From an uncultured Candidatus Saccharibacteria bacterium (GTDB lineage: Bacteria; Patescibacteriota; Minisyncoccia; Phycocordibacterales; CALRHW01), in contig CAYOUG010000003.1 of NCBI GenBank assembly GCA_964407105.1, positions 8,393 to 72,392 on the forward strand: 64,000 bases of DNA, read 5' to 3'. This document shows, piece after piece, positions 57,263 to 64,000 of this stretch (positions within the stretch are counted from its first letter, which is position 1; every line of letters starts with the position of its first letter). The notes beneath the pieces were generated by a model. It did no database searches and was not told the origin of the DNA. It was given only the letters and a program-made list of their open reading frames with translations. Made by a program: the position numbers and the translations under genes.

Positions 57263-57295
57263 TGCGATATTGTATCAAATAAAACCATTCTAAAC

Positions 57296-57321
57296 AAAAA
57301 CAGCCCCATGGGCTGTTTTTT
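57296..57321. terminator. Terminator hairpin
   Basis: AAAAACAGCCC-CAT-GGGCTGTTTTT. Confidence 0.75.
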
Positions 57322-57342
57322 AGCTAAACACTTAAGATTTTA

Positions 57343-58281
57343 TTAGTTTCCACCACCATTATCATCTTCACCATCATCATTGTCATCTTCATTATCACCC
57401 TGAGAATCGTCAGAGCTATTGTCTGTACTTAAATTTTCATCAGATTCAAATTTTGTCACAGCTCTTATCGCATCCTTAGAAAGACCTAGTTTTTCACTAA
57501 GTTTTGCAATAATCATTTCTTTACTCGTAACACTAAATAAGAATTTTTGTGATTTTCCAGCATTTTCCACCTCAACCTTTGAAATGCTTGATTTTATTTC
57601 AACTTTAATTTTAAGGCCATCTTTTGAGTCATCATTTTTACACATATTTCCGGTGCCACTCTTATCACATTCAACACGAATCATTCGTTCAAGTTTTCCG
57701 TTATTATTTTTCCACTCAATTTTTATGCGATCTCGCAGACCCGGTTTCATTAAAAACATTGACGGCACATCACCTGTCGCATTTTCTGATTCAAGAATTT
57801 TATTTATAAGATCACGAGTTTCCTCATTCATTGTGCCGGTTACCTCAAGACCAAATTTTGTCTGAAAACGAGAAAGTGCTTTGCTTGTAAGATCACCGAA
57901 AAAGCCGGTTGCTTTACCTTCTGGATATATGGTTTTATCAGAAGCAAGAATGCGTTGAAGTATTTTTATTTCTTCGCCCTCACCGCCCTTTTTTAATTCC
58001 CCTTTTATTTCAATTCTTCTCGCTACAGTTGGAGCAAATGAAGATGTACCCAACATAGTATTTTTTCCATCACTTGTCTTTTTCTCTGCAAGCATCGCTT
58101 GAAGCTTTGCCACCAGCTCTTGAAGCTGTGTGATTGTCATATTACTTGTGTTAGAGACACTACTAGATGTCTGCGCAGAAGTCATTTCTGTTTCCGATAC
58201 TTCAGTAGCAGAAACAAAAAAGGTTGTTCCAAAAAACATAGCAAACGCCACAAAACCCGCAATTATTATTTTTGTTTTCAT
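57343..58281 (-). CDS. Secreted peptidoglycan-binding domain protein
   Basis: Signal peptide, LQELVAKLQ coil, IKILQ..L...TGFFGDLTSKALSRFQ and an acidic tail. Confidence 0.8.
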   Translation of the reverse strand: MKTKIIIAGFVAFAMFFGTTFFVSATEVSETEMTSAQTSSSVSNTSNMTITQLQELVAKLQAMLAEKKTSDGKNTMLGTSSFAPTVARRIEIKGELKKGGEGEEIKILQRILASDKTIYPEGKATGFFGDLTSKALSRFQTKFGLEVTGTMNEETRDLINKILESENATGDVPSMFLMKPGLRDRIKIEWKNNNGKLERMIRVECDKSGTGNMCKNDDSKDGLKIKVEIKSSISKVEVENAGKSQKFLFSVTSKEMIIAKLSEKLGLSKDAIRAVTKFESDENLSTDNSSDDSQGDNEDDNDDGEDDNGGGN

Positions 58282-58425
58282 TTATTTAATTAATACTTTC
58301 AATATGATGTAGTTTCGACCTACACCAAATATTGTACACTAAAAAAATTCTACTAGCTATAATAATCTTGCACAATACTTCGTCCAAAACATTTGCCAAA
58401 ATAAAATTGCAAATATTTTAAAAAA

Positions 58426-58848
58426 CTATTGGTTTTCTGCTTTTGAAGCAACAAGAGCTAACACTAAAATATAAACAAGATGATCATCAATAATCGGATT
58501 ATTTTCTGGTAAAAGTACTGCCAAATACATGAGTAAAAGCATTACGCTTCCAGCTAAACATCCCCACCTTACAAATCTATTAAACAAGAGTGTGGCACCA
58601 ACAAAAAGAAGACCTAGCATAAAAAGCCAATCAACTAAAGCAACACCAGCCATACTGTGAAAAATATCTACAAAAGGACCCTTTGTAGCAAAACTCAAAA
58701 AACCAAGAGTTGGTGATCCCCCATTAATCCACGCCTTTTCCGCTGTTGTAGCAAAACCAAAACCAAAAAGTTTATCAAAAAACGCCCAAATAAAAATAAA
58801 ACCCAAAAACAAACGAAGCCAAGTAACAATAATTTTTTCTTTTATCAT
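58426..58848 (-). CDS. DoxX/DoxD-like membrane protein
   Basis: LRLFLGFIFIWAFFDK, SPT.GFL, NNPIIDDH. Confidence 0.8.
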   Translation of the reverse strand: MIKEKIIVTWLRLFLGFIFIWAFFDKLFGFGFATTAEKAWINGGSPTLGFLSFATKGPFVDIFHSMAGVALVDWLFMLGLLFVGATLLFNRFVRWGCLAGSVMLLLMYLAVLLPENNPIIDDHLVYILVLALVASKAENQ

Positions 58849-59034
58849 TTTTATTTTCTACTAAATTTATTTAGTTCCTAATGTTTAAATTATACAACAA
58901 AAAATATAATGAGTAATACACACATGCGACAAATTTTAAAAATATCTCGTGTGCATTATTAATACATTGGTGCTATTGTAAAAAAAGAATTCGTCTTGAA
59001 TCGAATCAAAAATCTTCAGCACAAGGAGCTCTCC

Positions 59035-60432
59035 ATGGAAACTAAATGGTCACCCGAAATTATTCAGGGTGGTATGGGAATGTTTGTCTCTGGCCCACGT
59101 TTGGCCAGAGCCGTATCGATGTGTGGTCAACAAGGCACGTTGTCTGGTGTTTGTTTAGAAAGGGCGATGACTCACATTCTTCAGTTGGGAGATCAGGGTG
59201 GACACTTAAGGCGTGCTCTTTCACATTTTCCATTCCCCGATGATGCACAGAAGGTCTTAAAACTTTTCTTTGTGCAGGGTGGAATTCCAAAAGGCAAGGC
59301 GTTTAGAGATGCGCCGATTTTCAATGTAAATCCATCCAAACTTCTAATCACCCTCACGGTTTGTGCCAATTTTGCGTTTGTTTGGCTTGCAAAAGAAGGT
59401 CATAGTGGTCGCATAAGCATCAATTATCTGGAAAAGATAGCGATGCCACATGTGTACAGTATCACGGGCGCAATCCTTGCCGGCGTAGACTTCATCACAA
59501 TGGGAGCGGGAATCCCCCTTCAAATTCCATCAGTAATTGATGCAATCGTAGAAGGAAAAACAGCAACTTATCGCATACCCGTTGAGGGCACCGATCTCAC
59601 GAGTCATACGATGAGTTTCAATCCGGAGCAATTTTTTGGGGGCAAATTACCCTCAATGAAAAAACCCGGATTCATTCCCATAATTGCGTCAAACCTTCTG
59701 GCTCGTGTTTTTGTAGACAAACTGCCTGCAAACCAACAGGTTTCTGGGTTCGTGGTGGAAGAGCCAACCGCAGGCGGACACAATGCTCCACCCAGAAGAC
59801 CACCGGATTATGGACCAAAAGACATGGTGGATTATTCCAAACTCGTTGAGCTTGGAATACCGTTTTGGATAGGTGGTTCTTACGCTTCTCCAGAAAAACT
59901 TGCCTTCGCAAAATCTGTGGGCGCACAAGGTGTGCAGGTTGGTTCTATTTTTGCACTCTGCGAAGAGTCAGAACTAGATCCAAACATCAAAACAGAAATT
60001 AGAAGACAGGGGTTTTTGGGTGAGTTGCAAATCAAAACCGACACGAGAATATCCCCAACAGGATTTCCGTTTAAGGTGGTGGTGTTGCCTGGAACAATTT
60101 CTGAAAGAAGTGTTCTAGACGCCAGACCACGTGTCTGTGACAAGGGCGCGCTCGTTGTTCTCTATGAAAGGCCAGACGGATCGGTGGGATATAAATGTCC
60201 TAGTGAGCCGACAGAAAAATATCTGGCTAAGGGTGGAAAGGTTGAGGACACAGAACACAGGGGGTGCATTTGCAACGGACTGCTTTGCGCTGTTGGATTA
60301 AACTACAGTCGCGAACCAGCCGTTGTTACACTTGGAGATGATGTGGGTTTTCTTCATCACTTGATGCGAAACGAGGGTGACTCATACACCGCAGCCAAGG
60401 CGGTAGCCTACATGTTGGGTCCTCAAAAATAG
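59035..60432 (+). CDS. Nitronate monooxygenase / FabK-FabX family FMN enzyme with C-terminal Cys cluster
   Basis: IIQGGMG, MGAGIP, AGGHN, GVQVGS.F, SPTGFPF, C...C...CICNGL; AAGGAG SD. Confidence 0.82.
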   Translation: METKWSPEIIQGGMGMFVSGPRLARAVSMCGQQGTLSGVCLERAMTHILQLGDQGGHLRRALSHFPFPDDAQKVLKLFFVQGGIPKGKAFRDAPIFNVNPSKLLITLTVCANFAFVWLAKEGHSGRISINYLEKIAMPHVYSITGAILAGVDFITMGAGIPLQIPSVIDAIVEGKTATYRIPVEGTDLTSHTMSFNPEQFFGGKLPSMKKPGFIPIIASNLLARVFVDKLPANQQVSGFVVEEPTAGGHNAPPRRPPDYGPKDMVDYSKLVELGIPFWIGGSYASPEKLAFAKSVGAQGVQVGSIFALCEESELDPNIKTEIRRQGFLGELQIKTDTRISPTGFPFKVVVLPGTISERSVLDARPRVCDKGALVVLYERPDGSVGYKCPSEPTEKYLAKGGKVEDTEHRGCICNGLLCAVGLNYSREPAVVTLGDDVGFLHHLMRNEGDSYTAAKAVAYMLGPQK

Positions 60433-60450
60433 GAGAAAAAACTTTGGTCT

Positions 60451-60483
60451 ATCCCCGCGACATGCTGTCGCGGGGATTTTTTT
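60451..60483 (+). terminator. Intrinsic terminator
   Basis: ATCCCCGCGACA-TGC-TGTCGCGGGGAT followed by TTTTTT. Confidence 0.85.
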
Positions 60484-60539
60484 CTACCCCGTTTTCTTGT
60501 CTGAACAAATTTAGAACTCTTAATTTTAATAAAATAAGG

Positions 60540-60917
60540 TTAAGATTTTTTTGTAGCGGCTTTCTTTTTAAGAGAAGTTTTTGATTTTACTGCTTTATTA
60601 AGATTTTTCCATTGCTTTTTTAAGTCATCTACAATTTCGGCCATATCTCCTTGGCTATTTTTTATTTTTTTCTTGTAGTCTGCGGCAACTGTGTCTATGA
60701 TGGCATGATAAATTGGTTCTGTAACTTCCTTTGCTGATTCTAATTTTTCGACAATATCACCCTTCATTTTAATTACCCAAGCTTTGGCGTGCTTTTGGTG
60801 TTTTTTACCTTTTGGTCCAAAGAAAAAATAAGCTCCAGCAGCAAGACTAGCCAAACTTACTCCAATTGTCGTATATTTTAATATATTTGATGTTTCTTTT
60901 GTTTTTTGATTTACCAT
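60540..60917 (-). CDS. Hypothetical protein, YtxH-like (TM plus basic helix)
   Basis: LAAGAYFFFGPKGK followed by an amphipathic Lys-rich region. Confidence 0.65.
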   Translation of the reverse strand: MVNQKTKETSNILKYTTIGVSLASLAAGAYFFFGPKGKKHQKHAKAWVIKMKGDIVEKLESAKEVTEPIYHAIIDTVAADYKKKIKNSQGDMAEIVDDLKKQWKNLNKAVKSKTSLKKKAATKKS

Positions 60918-60957
60918 ATTGTTTTATTTTAATTTAGTATAAATTAGTAAATATTTT

Positions 60958-61239
60958 TTAATCTATATCTTTTACAGAACCCTTTTTCATTAACTTTTTC
61001 TTTTTACGTATTGGAGGAAAAAAGAATCGAAAGACAAAATTATTTTCGAGTCGTTCTTTTAAATCCTCAATAAATTCTTCTGATTCCTTAAACTCACTTT
61101 TCAAAGCTTCGGATAATTTATATAAATTTTTTCCAGCTTTTATTAAATAAAACAAAAGAAAAGAAATTAGTGTTGTTAACACTACGGTTGCAATACAAGC
61201 AATAAAGAAAAAAATGTCTGCTTTTACTAGTGTTTCCAC
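60958..61239 (-). CDS. Small TM plus coiled-coil hypothetical protein
   Basis: GTG start 6 nt after TATAAT; ADIFFFIA TM segment. Confidence 0.65.
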   Translation of the reverse strand: METLVKADIFFFIACIATVVLTTLISFLLFYLIKAGKNLYKLSEALKSEFKESEEFIEDLKERLENNFVFRFFFPPIRKKKKLMKKGSVKDID

Positions 61240-61415
61240 ATTCAGATTATAACACTTTCATAGAAAAAATTCAAACTAAAAATCACCTCGTATAATTCTT
61301 GAGATTGATTGATTTTACGCACTTTTTCAGTTAAGGTTTTATCGGAATCAGCTCATCGAACAAAATAGTACCGTCCTTAATCACAGCTCAAATTTAGAAA
61401 GGATATCAATGCAAG

Positions 61416-61458
61416 AAAAAACAGCCCCGTATTTCATCAATACGCGGGTTGTTTTTTT
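61416..61458. terminator. Terminator hairpin
   Basis: AAAAAACAGCCC-CGTATT..AATACG-C-GGGTTGTTTTTT. Confidence 0.7.
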
Positions 61459-61466
61459 AGATTAAT

Positions 61467-61871
61467 TTACACGGTACTTTTCTGCACAAGCTCTCGATAC
61501 TGTGCACGATTTCGCCACAAGAAATATATATTGAGTAGGAAAAGAATGTTTGCCATAATCGCGCCGGTTGTAAATATTCCCCCATCTAAAAACATATGGA
61601 ATGAAAAGATATTGATAGTAATCGGAGCAAGAAGCACTGCCGCAAATGCCATGCGGTTTGTAATAATAAGAAAAAGGCACACCACAAATACAATCGTCAT
61701 GATGTAAGTGATGTATCCTGCCGCCGTCATGAGTACTGTAATAAATGCAAACGCTTCCAAAGTATTGTACATATCTGCAGTGGGTGCTGGGAAAATTCCA
61801 AATGATCCTAAAATAGGAGCGACTAAAAGCAAACCCAGAACGACGCGAAAAATAATATTAAGTACTTTCAT
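61467..61871 (-). CDS. DoxX-like membrane protein
   Basis: FRVVLGL, LLAPITINIFSFH. Confidence 0.72.
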   Translation of the reverse strand: MKVLNIIFRVVLGLLLVAPILGSFGIFPAPTADMYNTLEAFAFITVLMTAAGYITYIMTIVFVVCLFLIITNRMAFAAVLLAPITINIFSFHMFLDGGIFTTGAIMANILFLLNIYFLWRNRAQYRELVQKSTV

Positions 61872-61957
61872 GAGATTAAAATATTACGAACAAATTAATA
61901 AACGACATATTTAGTGTATCACAGCAAAAAATGTATATAAAAGAAATTTACATCTAT

Positions 61958-62446
61958 TTATTTTAAATAACTATCAAAATAAATAGCGTGGCAAGTATAT
62001 CCGCCAGGATTCTTTTGCAAATAATCCTGATGATAATCTTCAGCTAAATAAAATTTTTCCAAAGGTTCAAGCGTTGTGACCACTGGATCTTTCCAGCGTC
62101 CCGATTCATTGACGATTTTTATAAAATTTTCAGCTTCTTTTTTCTCTTCCTCATTTCCATAAAAAATTGCCGAGCGATACGAAGTACCACGGTCATTGCC
62201 CTGTTGATTTAGAGTAGTTGGATTATGGATTTGAAAGAAAAAATCTAATAGTTTTTTATAAGAAGTTTTATTTTCATCATATTCAATTTCTACCGCTTCG
62301 GCATGACCTTCGTGATTTTCATAAGTTGGATTTGTAACCTTACCCCCAGTATATCCAACCTCCGTATTTATCACGCCGGGCTGTTGTCTAATCAAATCTT
62401 CAAGCCCCCAAAAACAACCCCCCGCTAATATTATTTTTTTAATCAT
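61958..62446 (-). CDS. msrA: Peptide-methionine (S)-S-oxide reductase
   Basis: [44 protein letters not shown]. Confidence 0.96.
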   Translation of the reverse strand: MIKKIILAGGCFWGLEDLIRQQPGVINTEVGYTGGKVTNPTYENHEGHAEAVEIEYDENKTSYKKLLDFFFQIHNPTTLNQQGNDRGTSYRSAIFYGNEEEKKEAENFIKIVNESGRWKDPVVTTLEPLEKFYLAEDYHQDYLQKNPGGYTCHAIYFDSYLK

Positions 62447-62485
62447 AAAATTATTTTTCCGAAACACCAGTCGGTAAAGCTAAGC

Positions 62486-62848
62486 TCACTTGCCCGGCAG
62501 GAATTTCATTGAAATTGAATTGACGCAATAGCGTTGATTCTTCTCAGTTAATTTTTCACCAGTAAATAGATGCCCTAAATGCCCGCCACATTTCGCGCAA
62601 GTTATTTCGGTACGCCGACCGTCTTTATCCAGACTTTTATAAATCGCCCCCGATATTTCATCATCAAAACTCGGCCAACCACAATCAGACTCAAATTTAT
62701 CTTTTGAATTATAAAGAGGTGCTTCGCATTGTCGGCAGACATAAACACCTGTTTCTTTATTGTTCACATATTCCCCAGTAAACGGCGCTTCCGTGCCCTT
62801 ATCAATTATCACTCGCCCCTCTTCTTCTGTTAGTTTATTTAAATTCAT
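62486..62848 (-). CDS. msrB: Peptide-methionine (R)-S-oxide reductase
   Basis: GTEAPF.G, CxxC, CGWPSF, CGGHLGH, RYCVNS. Confidence 0.96.
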   Translation of the reverse strand: MNLNKLTEEEGRVIIDKGTEAPFTGEYVNNKETGVYVCRQCEAPLYNSKDKFESDCGWPSFDDEISGAIYKSLDKDGRRTEITCAKCGGHLGHLFTGEKLTEKNQRYCVNSISMKFLPGK

Positions 62849-63044
62849 AATTCCATTTTATCATTTTTTCTAAAAATTTCCTTTTGGTTTTTTCATAAAG
62901 TTCATTTTAATTTTTACGCATCATTTTTACGCATGGAAATAAAATGCCAGACATAAATATATACTTGCTTTTCGTGTTTACGTATTCAAACAAAAATCTA
63001 TTTTTTGCTTTTGATTGGGTGGCGAGGGTGGTTTAGTTTTTTGA

Positions 63045-63088
63045 AAAAAGAAAGAGCCCTGAGCGAAATAAGTTTCGCAAAGGGCCCT
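63045..63088 (-). terminator. Intrinsic terminator
   Basis: Minus strand reads GGGCCCTTGCGAAA...TTTCGCTCAGGGCTC followed by TTTCTTTTTT. Confidence 0.7.
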
Positions 63089-63123
63089 GATGCTGGACTT
63101 TCCAGTCTCGCTTAGGTCTCGCT

Positions 63124-63738
63124 TTAGGCGGCGACCAGTGCACAGCCGAACTTCGGCGCGCTCAGCATCTCGCAGAGCTCCGGCGGAAATTCATACGACC
63201 CGCTGCTCGTCATGCCGATCGAGGTCGAAACACCATCAATGGCCATCGGACCTCTGCCACGAAGCATCTCGCCCCGCATACCATTGTTGCTGTCGCGAGT
63301 CTGCGGATTGTCGTAGAAGCTGAGCACGAACTCCACAATAACCGAGAAGAAGAACTTGTACTCCTCATTCGTGAGCTCGACAATCGTGTTGCCACGCTTC
63401 ACCGTGATCTGAAAGAGGCGCTGGACCTCGCTATCGTCCTTGGTCAGCGGTAAGCTGTCAAGTTGGTTGATCGGAAATCCAAACACCAACTCATAGTCGA
63501 AACTGGTGCCGGCGACCTTGACATGGCCCTTGTAGCGGACACCGTCTTGAACCTGCTCGACGTACTGTTCAATCGAGATTTTTCTCGTTTTGATCTTGGG
63601 CTTCTTCTTGGTCTTCTTCTTGGGCTTCTCGACGGTCTCCATGTCACGGTTGTAATTCGCCAACATGTCATCCGTCGACTGCCCCCGATCATCGGGGGTA
63701 CAATCGCACATCACTCGACCACAGATTGGGCAAGGCAT
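63124..63738 (-). CDS. GC-rich orphan with N-terminal CxxC-x4-CxC motif
   Basis: AAGGAG SD; MPCPICGRVMCDC, a Lys-rich linker and a globular C-terminal part. Confidence 0.75.
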   Translation of the reverse strand: MPCPICGRVMCDCTPDDRGQSTDDMLANYNRDMETVEKPKKKTKKKPKIKTRKISIEQYVEQVQDGVRYKGHVKVAGTSFDYELVFGFPINQLDSLPLTKDDSEVQRLFQITVKRGNTIVELTNEEYKFFFSVIVEFVLSFYDNPQTRDSNNGMRGEMLRGRGPMAIDGVSTSIGMTSSGSYEFPPELCEMLSAPKFGCALVAA

Positions 63739-63811
63739 TTTCGTCTCCTTCTGAAAGCCGTTTATTCGTCTTTGAGGGCAGTAACACACCACCCTTAACG
63801 ATCCACTTTAA

Positions 63812-63840
63812 ATTATACACCTAAATGATATAATTGTCAA
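63812..63840 (-). promoter_or_regulatory. Perfect consensus sigma70 promoter
   Basis: TTGACA-N17-TATAAT. Confidence 0.85.
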
Positions 63841-63915
63841 GTATTACCTCGAACCTCAAAAACATCAAGCAATAAAAGACAAAACCCCACAAATTGTGAG
63901 GTTTCGTCACTAGGG

Positions 63916-63988
63916 CTCCGCGGCTAGGGATCGAACCTAGGACCTAGCGATTAACAGTCGCTTGCTCTACCAGCTGAGCTACCGCGGA
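63916..63988 (-). tRNA. tRNA-Asn(GTT)
   Basis: Cloverleaf; anticodon arm AGCGA-CT-GTT-AA-TCGCT; GGTTCGATCCC; CCA not encoded. Confidence 0.96.
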
Positions 63989-64000
63989 ATGAATTTCTTT

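Noticed and set aside
61395-61465. AGAAAGGA followed by an 18-codon ORF at 61409
   Set aside because: It is very short and runs through the terminator hairpin, with no other support.
63880-63988. tRNA-Asn-anchored genomic island covering msrAB to 63.8 kb
   Set aside because: No duplicated tRNA 3' end or integrase was found within the window.
1-64000. CRISPR array, integron, prophage, IS or retroelement
   Set aside because: I saw no regularly spaced repeats, no attC-like GTTRRRY arrays, and no cas, integrase, transposase, RT or phage genes.

Overview
A chromosomal window from an AT-rich bacterium using genetic code 11. The gene repertoire suggests Patescibacteria/CPR, probably Parcubacteria (inference): DUF5667 anti-sigma, stand-alone response regulators, shortened MurF/HolB/UvrC, helicase-degenerate PriA, an HTH-MurA fusion and two MreB. 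Core content: gdhA, an ECF sigma/anti-sigma pair, two histidine kinases, ddl, uvrABC, tgt, an alpha-glucan cluster (glgA, GH57, GT4, GH13), rplU, rmuC, pyrD, a short dcw operon (mraZ-rsmH-ftsL-like-ftsI-murF), lysS, greA, mreBCD-mrdA, proS, rseP, frr, murA-priA-def-fmt, hpf, msrAB and three tRNAs (Ala-TGC, Glu-CTC, Asn-GTT). I saw no rRNA, CRISPR array, integrase or transposase. The main unexplained pattern is about nine visibly GC-richer, self-contained units scattered between core genes. Most have a sigma70 -35/-10 promoter, a hairpin leader and a GC-rich terminator, and those with ORFs have a Shine-Dalgarno site, whereas many native genes look leaderless (-10 box 6 nt before ATG). Three units look like structured non-coding RNAs, one holds a pseudogene, and one gene is bracketed by a duplicated terminator half. 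Two units abut long inverted-repeat elements with GCGNAGC/GACG mini-hairpins. The HTH-MurA fusion also has a palindromic operator-like site over its own promoter. All calls are by eye; no database searches or folding programs were run.
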